This document shows, piece by piece, positions 1 to 10,900 of a DNA stretch of 60,259 bases. Location: contig CAYXJS010000002.1 of the NCBI GenBank assembly GCA_964465045.1, positions 1-60,259 of the forward strand, written 5' to 3'. Each line of letters opens with the position of its first letter. Position 1 is the first letter of the stretch. The position numbers and the translations under genes are program-made. The stretch is from an uncultured Bacteroidales bacterium (GTDB taxonomy: Bacteria > Bacteroidota > Bacteroidia > Bacteroidales > JAIPAH01). The notes beneath the pieces are model-generated. The model saw only the letters and a program-made list of their open reading frames with translations, did no database searches and was not told where the DNA came from.

Positions 1-2640
1 CTGATAAAGGATCACAAAGATGATGAGCAAAGCCAGGATGCTTGTAATCATAATTATTTGTTGTGTTTCACTTGCCGTTTTAAACTGGCCGTCATATTCT
101 ATGTGGTTCCCTTCCGGCAAGCTAATCTGCTTGTCGATTTTGTTTTGAATATCTTTTACAACGCTGCCGGCATCACGCCCGGCTACGTTTACAGAAATCA
201 TCAGCATGCGCTTTACATTTTCGCGGCTGATGGTATTGGGTCCGCCCGATGAGATTATTTCTGCGACTTCTTTGAGTGGAAAGTGGTTTCCTTTATTATC
301 ACTTATAGGAATATTGCCAATAGCATCAATGTCGGTGCGGAAATCATCCTTGAGCCGCAGCACCAAATCAAAAGACTTTTCATCTTCAAAAACATCACCC
401 ACTTTCATTCCGTTGAGTCCCATTTCGATAAAACGGTTAAAGCGGCTTAGCGAAATGCCACGTTTGGCAAGCATTTCATGGCGCGGACGGATTTTAAGCT
501 GAGGAACTTCAATCTGTTGTTCGGTATTGATATCTGCAACACCCTCAACATCTGAAATCTGATTCTCTACATTTTTAGCCGCAGTATACATTTCGCTCAG
601 GTTGGCACCGAATAATTTGATAGCTATCGTAGCCTGTGAACCTGAAAGCATATGGTTGATGCGGTGTGTTATGGGCTGCCCCACTTCAATATTAGCGCCG
701 GGGATATGATGCAGTTGCTCCCTGAGATCAGCCAAAAATGCTTCTCTGCTTCTGTCTTGCAGTGTGTAGGGTGCGTCCAGCTCAGAAACATTCACGCCGA
801 ATGTATGCTCTGCCAGTTCTGCCCTGCCTGTGCGTCTCGTTACAGTAGAGATTTCGGGTATCCCGAGCATGATATTCTCAGCTTGCCGGCCCAGTTTTTC
901 CGATTCCTTCAGGCTGGTTCCCGGGATTGTGGATACATTTACGGTCAAAGCACCTTCGCGCAGTGGCGGCAGGAAATCATTTCCAAAAGAGCTCAAAAGA
1001 ACCCCGGCGCCGGTAAGCAACACAACAGCGACAAGTATAACGAACCTCTTGGATTGCAATGCGCTGTGAAGTCCGGAGCGGTAAATCCGCTTCAGGTTTC
1101 GTTCCACCCAGCTTCCTGAAGGATTTACAGCCAGGCTCTTTTTGTTAGTCAGCAGCAACGAACATAATACCGGCGTAACCGTCATAGCAATAATCAGCGA
1201 TGCTGCCAGCGCCACAATGTATGCAATGCCCAGCGGCTGCAACATTCTTCCTTCCATCCCGCTAAGGAAAAACAAAGGCAAAAACGCTACGATGATAATC
1301 AGCGTGGCATTGAGTATTGACGAGCGTATTTCGATGGACGCGTCATAAACGACTTTCAAATAATTTACATTTTTATCGCGACTCCTTTCGCGCAAGCGTT
1401 TATATACATTTTCCACATCAATAATGGCATCATCAACCAAAGATCCAATGGCGATCGTCATCCCGCCAAGCGTCATGGTATTGATGGTAATATCCAGCAG
1501 GTAAAGTGTAATGACACCCGTAAATAGTGACAGAGGCAGGGCGATAACCGAAATGATGGTTGTTCTGACATTCATCAGGAAGAGAAAAAGGATAATAACC
1601 ACAAGCGCGGCTCCTTCTATGAGAGCGGTTTTTACGTTGTTTACTGAGCGGGAAATAAACTCTGCCTGGTCAAAAACCTGTGTATGAAACCGGATGTCGC
1701 TGTTAGCGCTATTTTCAATATTATCAAGGGTTTCGTGAATTTTCTCAGAGAGTTTGATGGTATTGATGCCGGGCTGCTTAGTAATAGTCATCACCACACC
1801 ACTTTCGCCATCAATGCTCCCGGCTCCGATGCGGGGTGCGCCATGCACGGTAACGCTGGCCACATCCTGCACTTTAACAGGTTGGCTGTCCTGCATTTTG
1901 ATTAAGGTTTGCCCGATTTGCAGTGTATCATGTGTTCTGGATAACCCTCTGACAACGTACCGGTTTCCATGCTGCGAGAAAAACCCTCCGGGAACGTTCC
2001 GGTTGGCGCTTTGGCAGGCGGCAGCAAGCTCATCGGCTGAAACATTGAAGTGCTTCATTTTAAGCGGATTGGCCAGAATCTGATATTCCTTGTAATCGCC
2101 TCCAATGAGTACAATTTGAGCTACACCACCTACCGCCAGCAGCCGCGGACGTACATTCCATTCCATATTCGTTCTCAGCTCCATAGGCGACAGCGAGTCT
2201 GACGTAGCTCCCATAACAATGATTTCGCCCATCAGCGAAGATTGTGGCGCTATGACCGGATTGCCGGCGCTTTCCGGTAGACGGGAAGAAGCCTGAACGA
2301 TGCGTTCCCCGATCGTTTGGCGGGCATCATAAATATCAGTACCCCAGTCAAATTCAGCCCAGATAATGCTGAAACCCATCGATGATTTGGAGCGAACCCT
2401 GCGGATATTATTGGCTCCGTTGATAGTAGATTCTATGGGGTAGGTTACTGTTTTTTCCACTTCCTCAGGCGCCATACCATGAGCTTCAGTCATCACTACA
2501 ACCGTAGGCGCATTGAGGTCCGGAAAAACATCGATATCCATCTGCCGGCTTGCGTAAATGCCGCCAAAGATTAGCAATACGGCGGCAATAAGCACGACAA
2601 GGCGATTGTTCAGCGAGTATTGTACAATTCTGTTTAGCAT
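1..2640 (-). CDS. CusA/CzcA-family heavy-metal efflux RND inner-membrane pump (partial; C-terminal end lies beyond base 1)
   Basis: Absent from the ORF track only because it has no in-window stop. Minus-strand translation from ATG at 2640-2638 reads MLNRIVQYSLNNRLVVLIAAVLLIFGGIYASRQMDIDVFPDLNAPTVVVMTEAHGMAPEEVEKTVTYPIES..., a typical CzcA/CusA N-terminus. The frame is still open at base 1 (...QIIMITSILALLIIFVILYQ, a TM helix). It starts 12 nt after the adaptor gene stop. Confidence 0.9.
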   Translation of the reverse strand, partial: MLNRIVQYSLNNRLVVLIAAVLLIFGGIYASRQMDIDVFPDLNAPTVVVMTEAHGMAPEEVEKTVTYPIESTINGANNIRRVRSKSSMGFSIIWAEFDWGTDIYDARQTIGERIVQASSRLPESAGNPVIAPQSSLMGEIIVMGATSDSLSPMELRTNMEWNVRPRLLAVGGVAQIVLIGGDYKEYQILANPLKMKHFNVSADELAAACQSANRNVPGGFFSQHGNRYVVRGLSRTHDTLQIGQTLIKMQDSQPVKVQDVASVTVHGAPRIGAGSIDGESGVVMTITKQPGINTIKLSEKIHETLDNIENSANSDIRFHTQVFDQAEFISRSVNNVKTALIEGAALVVIILFLFLMNVRTTIISVIALPLSLFTGVITLYLLDITINTMTLGGMTIAIGSLVDDAIIDVENVYKRLRERSRDKNVNYLKVVYDASIEIRSSILNATLIIIVAFLPLFFLSGMEGRMLQPLGIAYIVALAASLIIAMTVTPVLCSLLLTNKKSLAVNPSGSWVERNLKRIYRSGLHSALQSKRFVILVAVVLLTGAGVLLSSFGNDFLPPLREGALTVNVSTIPGTSLKESEKLGRQAENIMLGIPEISTVTRRTGRAELAEHTFGVNVSELDAPYTLQDRSREAFLADLREQLHHIPGANIEVGQPITHRINHMLSGSQATIAIKLFGANLSEMYTAAKNVENQISDVEGVADINTEQQIEVPQLKIRPRHEMLAKRGISLSRFNRFIEMGLNGMKVGDVFEDEKSFDLVLRLKDDFRTDIDAIGNIPISDNKGNHFPLKEVAEIISSGGPNTISRENVKRMLMISVNVAGRDAGSVVKDIQNKIDKQISLPEGNHIEYDGQFKTASETQQIIMITSILALLIIFVILYQ

Positions 2641-2652
2641 GATATCTTTGTT

Positions 2653-4125
2653 TTAATGGTCGTGATTGTGTGAAGGTAAATTCCCCGACATAGAGGACAG
2701 CTTTAGGTTATATGCGCCCTCGGTTACCAGTATATCGCCGGACTGCAAGCCTTGTATTATCACCATCTGGTCACGGTTTTCCTGCCCGGTAACCACATCT
2801 CTTTTTTCAAAACTTTCGCCACCGGTCATCACATATACATAATAGTTGCCTTCGGCTTCCATTAAAGCTGTTTTGGGGATGACGATTTGTTCTGTTTTGG
2901 TGGGTAGCGAAAAATAGATTTCTGCATAGGCACCGGGTAAAACGCCGGAGATATCCTCTAAAGGCACAGAGGCTGAAGCATAACCCGAATTAAGGGATTT
3001 TGAAAGAATCATCTTGTCGGGATCGGTTTGAATTTTTTCTGATCGGAAACCCTGCCCGGGAATATGAAACTGAAAGCTTGAGACATCTTTCATTTCAGGA
3101 TAATAGTGTTGTGGGATGTCTGCTTTTATAACGTAATCTTCCTCCGGAATAACAGTGCATAGTAAAGCACCTGTACTTATATGCTCGCCGTTCTCTATAT
3201 TGATATTCCCGATATATCCGGCTGCTGGAGCGGTGATGTTAACACCGTGTGGTGAATTCCCTGAGGCCAGTGCTTCATAGTTTTCCGATGCTAATTCCTT
3301 CGCTAATTTTGCATCCAGCAATTCATTTTCAGATATGATATCTTCTTTATATAGATAATCCGCTCTCTTGTATTCTTCTTTTGCATGCTCAAGGTTTTTC
3401 CGGGCTTTCCGAAGTGCCGTACTGTGGTTTTCAGGTGTGTTTTCTGATGGAATCACAGTAAAGAGTATTTCTCCCTTATTGACTTGCTTTCCTTCCATTA
3501 AGTCCGGAATCCTGAAATTTGCCTTGCCGCGGATGTTGGCTGTAACTTTATTTACGGAACCGGGAGCTAATGCTATTTTTCCGGAAGTTTTTAATGTTGC
3601 GCTAAAAGGTTCCAAATCAAGGACTTTTGCACCCATCCCGGATTCCCAGGCTGCTTCTTTAGTAAATACAATATCATCATTGTGCTGATGAAGTTCATTT
3701 GATGCAGTATTCTTTCTTTTTTTGATTTCATAAAGCTGTCCGTTAATCCGGAATCGCATCCCATGCAAATGGGTTTTATCGTAATCTGCTTTTATCCGGG
3801 CAGAATAAATGCCTGATCTTACAGGCTCCATGGTCGTTTTTGTATTTCTGGAAGAACCTTCAATAAACCATTCCGGTGAATCAACCACAACAGGTGTGTA
3901 GTTTTGTAAATCTGTCAGATGAGCTGTAATTACATATTCTTCACTGTGATAATGCACTTCTGCGAAAAGCTCATAACCGTTTTGAAACTGAAGAATGTTT
4001 TGTTCTTTGTGCCGGTTATCCTGAGATTCTGATTCATGGATGGCTGTTTCTTTTTTTGCCGGGGTGCAGCCCCATAGCATAACAAATGCCAGCAGGCTTG
4101 TGACTATACCAAATTTCATAAACAT
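2653..4125 (-). CDS. Efflux RND periplasmic adaptor (membrane fusion protein, CzcB/CusB-like), probable lipoprotein
   Basis: ORF-track protein with signal peptide and lipobox-like LWGC. Central lipoyl/hairpin region (coiled ...LEHAKEEYKRADYLYKEDIISENELLDAKLAKE...), beta-barrel region, and His-rich tail SHNHDH. Position 4128 is a TTG; the first ATG is at 4125. Directly upstream of the RND pump. Confidence 0.85.
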   Translation of the reverse strand: MFMKFGIVTSLLAFVMLWGCTPAKKETAIHESESQDNRHKEQNILQFQNGYELFAEVHYHSEEYVITAHLTDLQNYTPVVVDSPEWFIEGSSRNTKTTMEPVRSGIYSARIKADYDKTHLHGMRFRINGQLYEIKKRKNTASNELHQHNDDIVFTKEAAWESGMGAKVLDLEPFSATLKTSGKIALAPGSVNKVTANIRGKANFRIPDLMEGKQVNKGEILFTVIPSENTPENHSTALRKARKNLEHAKEEYKRADYLYKEDIISENELLDAKLAKELASENYEALASGNSPHGVNITAPAAGYIGNINIENGEHISTGALLCTVIPEEDYVIKADIPQHYYPEMKDVSSFQFHIPGQGFRSEKIQTDPDKMILSKSLNSGYASASVPLEDISGVLPGAYAEIYFSLPTKTEQIVIPKTALMEAEGNYYVYVMTGGESFEKRDVVTGQENRDQMVIIQGLQSGDILVTEGAYNLKLSSMSGNLPSHNHDH

Positions 4126-4193
4126 CAATGTTGTAATGTTAAAATTATATTAATTAAACAAGGTCATTACCAGACCTTTACAGGGAATGATTG

Positions 4194-4553
4194 TTATGAA
4201 ATGATGGGAGGAGCTCTCATTGGGCAATGGAGCTGATAAAGCAGGGGAACAACTTTTCTTGTATATGGAATTATAATCTGTTTCAGCTCTGTAAGCGAAA
4301 CCTCTGAAATTGGATTCTGAGCTGAAAGGAACATAGGTTTTTTTCCGGCCTTATCAAATACCTGGCTGAAATTACAGGATAAATCATGGGCATGGTCTTC
4401 AGAAATGTCGATTACTTCCTTTTCATTTTCATGATGATGCTCATGCGTGCTAACGCAATACTCATGATGGTGATGAGGGATATAATCGTGACCTGAGAGC
4501 AAGCCCCAGGCAGACACCATTATCAAAAACCCTATAAATCCATTGAATTTCAT
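4194..4553 (-). CDS. Small secreted His-rich protein, putative metal-binding accessory protein of the efflux operon
   Basis: 119 aa with an N-terminal hydrophobic signal (FIGFLIMVSAWGLL). His clusters HDYIPHHHHEYCVSTHEHHHENE and DHAHD, and a C-terminal HCPMRAPP. Same strand and immediately upstream of the adaptor gene. Confidence 0.6.
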   Translation of the reverse strand: MKFNGFIGFLIMVSAWGLLSGHDYIPHHHHEYCVSTHEHHHENEKEVIDISEDHAHDLSCNFSQVFDKAGKKPMFLSAQNPISEVSLTELKQIIIPYTRKVVPLLYQLHCPMRAPPIIS

Positions 4554-4675
4554 TGTGCCAAAAATAGAAAAAATTAATAGTGATGTGTAAATTTTGTATT
4601 CTAAATAAGCTATCGAATGGCATAAGAGGTACAGATAATTTCTTATTTTCGCTTCGCGAAAAAAATCTTCAATTC

Positions 4676-5575
4676 ATGACACAAAAACCTACACTTTTGA
4701 TTTTAGCTGCCGGAATGGGCAGCCGTTATGGCGGACTTAAACAACTTGATGCTGTCGGCCCTTCCGGAGAAGCTATTATTGATTATTCGATCTACGACGC
4801 GATTCGGGCCGGCTTCGGGAAGGTGGTTTTTTTAATCCGGAAAGATTTGGAAGCGGCCTTTAAAGAGCGTTTCAGCAAACTGGTGGAAGGCAAAATTGAC
4901 TATGACTTTGCCTATCAGGAATTGGATATGCTGCCGGAAGGCTACAAAGTTCCGGCTGACCGCAGGAAACCCTGGGGCACAGGACATGCAGTGTGGTGCG
5001 CCCGCAATCATATTGACGGACCTTTTGCCGTGATTAATGCCGATGACTTTTATGGCAGTGATGCCTATAAAACCCTTGCCAAAGCAATGGCAGAAAATAC
5101 CCGCGATCATTACATGGTAGCTTATTATCTGAAAAATACCTTATCACGACATGGTCATGTTTCGCGCGGGGTTTGCTCACTGGATGAGAACCACAATCTG
5201 AAAGATGTAGTGGAACATACTCAGATTTACCGCAAAGGCGATGATATTGTTTATGAACAAGACGGAGAAACAAGAACGCTGAACCCTGAATTGCCGGTAA
5301 GCATGAACTTCTGGGGATTTATGCCGAGCTATTTCGATTGGTTGGATAAGTATTTTACAGCATTTTTAGATAAGCATATCGATGAGCCCAGGAGCGAATA
5401 CTTTATTCCTACAGTGGTGAATCATCTGATTAATAGTGGAGAAGAACGTGTAAAAGTACTTACTTCTGATGCGCAGTGGTTTGGGGTAACATACCGCGAA
5501 GATAAAGAAGCAGTAATGCAGCGTGTTAAGGAGCTGGTAAATCAAGGGGTTTATCCTGCCAATTTGTATACATGA
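4676..5575 (+). CDS. Sugar-phosphate nucleotidyltransferase family protein
   Basis: N-terminal LILAAGMGSRYGGLKQLD matches the NTP-transferase G-rich loop (LxxAGGxGxRxxxxK). The track ORF begins at a GTG at 4580. I prefer ATG 4676 (MTQKPTLLILAAG...) because the preceding 32 codons are low-quality sequence. Confidence 0.8.
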   Translation: MTQKPTLLILAAGMGSRYGGLKQLDAVGPSGEAIIDYSIYDAIRAGFGKVVFLIRKDLEAAFKERFSKLVEGKIDYDFAYQELDMLPEGYKVPADRRKPWGTGHAVWCARNHIDGPFAVINADDFYGSDAYKTLAKAMAENTRDHYMVAYYLKNTLSRHGHVSRGVCSLDENHNLKDVVEHTQIYRKGDDIVYEQDGETRTLNPELPVSMNFWGFMPSYFDWLDKYFTAFLDKHIDEPRSEYFIPTVVNHLINSGEERVKVLTSDAQWFGVTYREDKEAVMQRVKELVNQGVYPANLYT

Positions 5576-5670
5576 TGTAAAAAGTCTTTATGTTTCTGGA
5601 TTATTGAGTTGAAAATCAATAATTATATGATGAAAACTTACAAAAAAAGCCTGTGATCCACATGTTTTTG

Positions 5671-5678
5671 TAATTTTG
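5671..5678 (+). promoter_or_regulatory. Candidate Bacteroidota -7 promoter box (TAATTTTG)
   Basis: Exact match to the TAnnTTTG -7 consensus described for Bacteroides promoters, 21 nt upstream of the ATG at 5699. Motif match only. Confidence 0.3.
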
Positions 5679-5698
5679 AGAGCACAGAGAGGAATATC

Positions 5699-7864
5699 AT
5701 GAAACATTTTTTGCTTTTAGGGATAATATGGCTTTTTATTCTGTTTTCGGCTACTGCCCAGCTTGATGAACATGAAAGTCATGCCAATACCCGCATGCAA
5801 ACGGAAGAATCAGTGGGGTATCAGGTTTATTTAGACAGCGCAAAGCTTGCTGAATCATTTGAAGCCAAAAAGGGATATTTGGAAAAAGCCTTATCAAGCG
5901 CCAAAAGAGAGGGCGCCATATTAGGTCAAATCGAAAGCCATTTTCAAAGCGGGAACCTTTACCATGAAGCAGGTTCTACACGAATAGCCCTTGAAGAATA
6001 TTTAAAGGTAACTGATTTTTTCGAGAAACATCCAAACATTGTCGGATACAGGCAAAAGGCGGAGATGTATCATCAAATAGCATTAAATTATAGCTATTTG
6101 AGTATGCATAGTGATGCGCTGCACTACTTTTTAAGAAGTGAAAAGCTGGCCCGCAAACATGAACTGGATAGTTTACTGAGTGATGTTCTGCGTCAAATCG
6201 GGAATGTTTACCATTATCTGGAAGACCTCAATCAAAGCACGAATTATTATTACCAATCACTTGAAATTGCACAGGATCATGGTTATCGTGAATTGGAAAC
6301 CAGCGCTTTGAATAATATTGCCAGCAATTTAGCCGATATAGGACAAACAGAGGACAGCGAGAAAATGTATAAGCGAAGCCTGGAAATTGCTCAGGATATA
6401 GGCTATGCAGAGATGGTTGCTGTGGTTTCGAATAACATGGGAGTGCATTATGCCGATCAGGATCAACTTGATAAAGCATTGGATTATTTCCGCATCGCGT
6501 TTTCATATGCCAGTAAAAACAATGATCTTTTGGCAAGGGCGATTTATAATAACAACATCGCAGACATTCATATCCGGGAAGAAAATTTTAAAAAAGGAAG
6601 GAAAGCACTTAACAGCTCTTTGAGAGATAATGAGCGAATCGGTAATAAAGAAGGTCTGGCATCGAATTATCATAATTACGTTTATTATTATATGCAACAG
6701 GAAGATTATGACAGCGCCTGGATCTACATAGAAAAACACGAGAAATTGATGGAGGAAATGGGGAGTAGTTCCATGAAAGAAATTCATTTGGATTTACTTC
6801 AGAATTATTACGCCAGCACGGGTGAATATGAAAAAGCATATGACCACCTGTATGAATTTTACTTATTGAATGATAGCTTAACCGAAGCCAGGACCGGAGA
6901 ACAAATTTCCGGGTTGTATAACGTATATGAAGAGCAAAAAGAACAGAAGGAATTGGCTGAACTTAAGGAGCAAAAAACCCAGTTGCGACATTATTTATAT
7001 CTTACTTTTTTGTTGTCGGGATTATTCATCATTGCCGTTGTTTACGCGTTTATAGTGCAAAGAAAAGCTGCAAAGCGCGTTAAGAAACAGAATGATCGGT
7101 ATATTCAGAATCAAAAGCAGTTAGCCGCAAAGAACCATGAGCTGATTGAGTCACAAAAAAAGATCGAAGCGATTAATCGCGACCGGAATCAGCTTTTCTC
7201 AATCATTTCGCATGATTTAAGAAGCCCGTTTAATTCCCTTTTAGGTTTTTCAGATATGCTGTCTGAAGAGGTAAGGGAAGGTACGGATTATGAATCAATT
7301 AAAATGATGACCGAAAATATCCATACTTCCTCTATGCAGCTTTTTGAGCTTATACAGAATATGCTGGAATGGGCTAATAAGGAACGGGGAAATATCGAAT
7401 TCAAACCCGAACAAGTCATTCTGTATAAAATTACCGCAGAAAACATATCCTTAGCAGCAAATTCAGCTCATCACAAAGAGGTGAAAATTCATAATAATAT
7501 TGATAAACATCTGATGATTGAAGCAGATGTGAATATGCTGAACACGATTTTCAGAAACCTTATTTTCAATGCGATAAAGTTCACCCCGAAAAACGGGGAT
7601 GTTATACTATATGCAGAGGAAAAGACCGATGAAATCGTGGTGCATATAGAGGATACAGGTGTAGGTATGACTGAAAAAGATAAACAAATGATATTGCAGG
7701 GCGAGGATACCTTTTCACGTAAAGGCACGCAAAATGAAAAAGGAGCAGGCTTAGGGCTGGTACTCATAAAAGACTTCATTAAGCGCCATAACGGAAAACT
7801 GGATATCACTACAGAAGTAAACAAAGGCACCACATTCCATGTATCTTTTCCTAAAAATCATTAA
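5699..7864 (+). CDS. TPR-repeat sensor histidine kinase
   Basis: Signal/TM N-terminus, then about 380 aa of TPR-like repeats. TM helix LYLTFLLSGLFIIAVVYAFIV and a coiled coil follow. H-box FSIISHDLRSPFNSLLGF, N-box FRNLIFNAIKFTP, G-boxes EDTGVGM and GAGLGLVL. Confidence 0.9.
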   Translation: MKHFLLLGIIWLFILFSATAQLDEHESHANTRMQTEESVGYQVYLDSAKLAESFEAKKGYLEKALSSAKREGAILGQIESHFQSGNLYHEAGSTRIALEEYLKVTDFFEKHPNIVGYRQKAEMYHQIALNYSYLSMHSDALHYFLRSEKLARKHELDSLLSDVLRQIGNVYHYLEDLNQSTNYYYQSLEIAQDHGYRELETSALNNIASNLADIGQTEDSEKMYKRSLEIAQDIGYAEMVAVVSNNMGVHYADQDQLDKALDYFRIAFSYASKNNDLLARAIYNNNIADIHIREENFKKGRKALNSSLRDNERIGNKEGLASNYHNYVYYYMQQEDYDSAWIYIEKHEKLMEEMGSSSMKEIHLDLLQNYYASTGEYEKAYDHLYEFYLLNDSLTEARTGEQISGLYNVYEEQKEQKELAELKEQKTQLRHYLYLTFLLSGLFIIAVVYAFIVQRKAAKRVKKQNDRYIQNQKQLAAKNHELIESQKKIEAINRDRNQLFSIISHDLRSPFNSLLGFSDMLSEEVREGTDYESIKMMTENIHTSSMQLFELIQNMLEWANKERGNIEFKPEQVILYKITAENISLAANSAHHKEVKIHNNIDKHLMIEADVNMLNTIFRNLIFNAIKFTPKNGDVILYAEEKTDEIVVHIEDTGVGMTEKDKQMILQGEDTFSRKGTQNEKGAGLGLVLIKDFIKRHNGKLDITTEVNKGTTFHVSFPKNH

Positions 7865-7972
7865 CTTTTGGGTAAATTTGCTGTGGATTTATTATGGTAT
7901 AGTTTTTGAAAACATTCAGTACCTAAGTGGCGTTTGCATAAAGAGTACCAATAACAAAAGAGAATTGAAGAT

Positions 7973-10900
7973 ATGCGGGTTTTTGCTTTATTGATATCAA
8001 TAGCTGGTTTTTTGCTGGTTTCTTTAGGAAGCCATGCTCAGTATTTCGGACAAAATAAAGTTAATTATGAGCAGTTTCCCTTCAAGAAAAAGCAAACAGA
8101 TCATTTTGTAATTTATAATTACCTTAAAAACGATACTATAGTGCAGCGCATCAGCAATCAGGCTGAAAAATGGTACCTGAGGCATAATGCAATATTTGGC
8201 GATACCATTTCAAGTAACCCGCTGATTTTTTACAATGACAAAGCTGACTTCAAGCAAACCAACGTGATTTCAGGAAACATCAGTGTAGGTACCGGTGGGG
8301 TTACTGAAGGGTTTAAGCGGCGCGTTATTATGCCTATGATGAATTCGAATAAAGAAACCGATCACGTTTTGGGTCACGAGTTGGTTCATGTTTTTCAGTA
8401 TTATATGTTTCAGTCAGACGACAGCTTATCATATCAAAATCTGCAAAATGTTCCTCTCTGGATGATAGAAGGATTGGCTGAATATTTGTCTATTGGCACA
8501 AAAGACAATCACACGGCTATGTGGATGCGCGATGCGGTGATGCATGATAATGTTCCTACAATTAAAGACATGACCCGCAAGCCTCATAAATATTTTCCTT
8601 ATCGTTACGGGCATGCCTTTTGGGCCTTTGCTACCGGAAAATGGGGGGATGCCATCATACGACCATTTTTATACAACACAGCACGGTTTGGTATGGAGCG
8701 GGCTTCAAAGAATTTATTCGATATGGAACTCGACAGCTTATCAACCGTATGGCAGGAATCGGTTAAAGAAACGTATGATCCATATACTAAAGACACCATT
8801 ATTTCTCCCGGAGAACAGGTTTTTAAAGAAAAGAATTTCGGCACGCTGAATCTGGCGCCGGTGATTAGTCCTGATGGGAAATATGTTACTTTTTTATCCA
8901 ATAAAAATGTAATAACCATTGACATTCTAATGGCTGAAGTAGAAACGGGAGAAGTGGTTAAAAAGCTTACCGGCCCGCTTTCGCAATCGCATATTGATGA
9001 TTTTAATTATATTGAATCGGCAGGAAGCTGGTCGCCCGACGGAAAAAAATATGCGGTTACCTCTTTTGCCAAAGGAAGAAACAATTTGCTGATTATTTCT
9101 TTAGATAAACGCAGCAAAGTAGAACGTACAATCGCAATTGACGGAGTTCAGTCGTTCGATAACCCGGAATGGAGTCCGGATGGGCGGTATATTGCTTTTT
9201 CAGGATTGGTAGATGGCGCTTCAGATTTATATTTATATGATCTTAAAGCCGATTCAACGATCCAGCTAACTGATGATCAATATTCGGATTTGATGCCGGC
9301 ATGGTCTTCTGACGGTGAAAAGCTGATTTTTATTTCAGACCGTGGGCCCGGAACAGATTTCGACCGCCAGGTTTTTAGTCCTTACAGGCTGACAGAGTTT
9401 ACTTTGGAATCGAATGAAATGCATGTTTATAACGATATTTTTCCTCAGGCGAGCGTATTTAGTCCGTATTTTGCGGATAATGACAGCAGCATTTATTTTG
9501 TAGCGCATGCCGATGGTTACCGGAATTTATACAAGTACCGCATACAGGAGGATTCGCTTTTTCGCTTAACAGACATACCAACAGGAGTTTCCGGAATTAC
9601 AGAGCTGGCTCCTTCTTTCAGCATCAGCAACAAAAGCGAAAAGATTGCTTACACTTTGTATCGCGACAACGGATATCATATTCAGATGGCAGATTTTGAT
9701 GATTTTGAAGAAGAACCGGTCAGTAAAACCATGCGCAATTCCGCACCTGAAGTGTTGCCTCCCAAAGACCGGATTGTTAATATCGTACAGCATAACCTGA
9801 AAAAGCATCCGCAGACTGTTGATACCAGCATAACGCAGATTCCCTACGAACCCAAATTTGAACTGGAATATATTGGGAGTAGTGGTATAGGTGTAGCAAC
9901 AGGATATTATGACACATATGCCTCAGGTGGCGTCAATGCTATTTTTGGGGATATATTGAAACGTCATCAACTCTACACAATGGTAATGATGCAGGGCGAA
10001 ATATATGACATCGGTGGCGGAGCGACTTATATCAACCGTGAATCGCGTTTTAACTGGGGTGGTTCATTTTATCATATTCCCTACCGTTATTCTTATTACA
10101 GGCTTAACAACTCTTTATACGACAATGATCCGACAGATTCGTTGACGATTGTAAATCAACGGATTTTCCAGGATCGCCTTTCAGTTTTCGGGCAATATCC
10201 GTTTTCGAAAAAAATGCGCCTGGAAGCCGGCGGTTATCTTACCCGTTATGGATACAGGGTTGATTTGGTGAAAAATTATTATCAGAATGGGTTTTTTGCC
10301 GGACGAAAAGAGGAGCGGGGAGAGGCTCCGGACCCGATGTGGATACAAAAGGTCTATACGGCCTTTGTTGGCGATGATGTGGATTTTGGTGTAACCTCGC
10401 CTCTGGATGGGTATCGCTTTCGCTTTCAGATTGACCAGTCGTTCACAGATATTCAGCAGTTTACAACATTGGCTGATATGAGGCGGTATCATTTTGCCAA
10501 ACCGTTAAGCTTTGGGGTAAGGCTGTTCCACTATGCACGTTATGGAGAGGACTCTGAGAATTTATATCCGCTTTACCTGGGTGATAATTATTTTATTCGC
10601 GGATACTCATATGGTTCATTTGATGATAATTATTCCGTCTCCGGCAATAGTTTTAACCCAAACAGCATTGCCGGTTCAAAAATGGCGCTTTTCAATGCTG
10701 AAGTCAGGTTGCCTTTTACAGGCCCGGAGCGGCTGTCGGTCATCAAATCGGGTTATCTTTATTCTGATTTGGTTTTGTTTGCTGATGGCGGTTTTGCTAC
10801 AGAGAATTACGACAACATCAACTGGTCATGGGATCCGGCATTTTCAACCGAGAATGATCCTAATGTAAGCAATGTAGTTTTCAGCGCGGGGTTGGCATGG

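Noticed and set aside
58-2083. Seven plus-strand ORFs of 64-155 aa in the track (58..252, 206..502, 652..1119, 830..1069, 1142..1348, 1684..1905, 1754..2083).
   Set aside because: All lie antisense to a continuous 880-codon minus-strand reading frame with an unmistakable CzcA/CusA sequence. Their translations are low-complexity with no recognisable motifs, so they are shadow ORFs.
4580-4675. N-terminal extensions produced by longest-ORF calling: 4580-4675, 4126-4128, 18464-18520, 45689-45709 and 50238-50360.
   Set aside because: The extensions start at GTG or TTG, or overlap the preceding gene. They add non-homologous-looking residues in front of an ATG that yields the canonical protein N-terminus, so I trimmed to the internal ATG.
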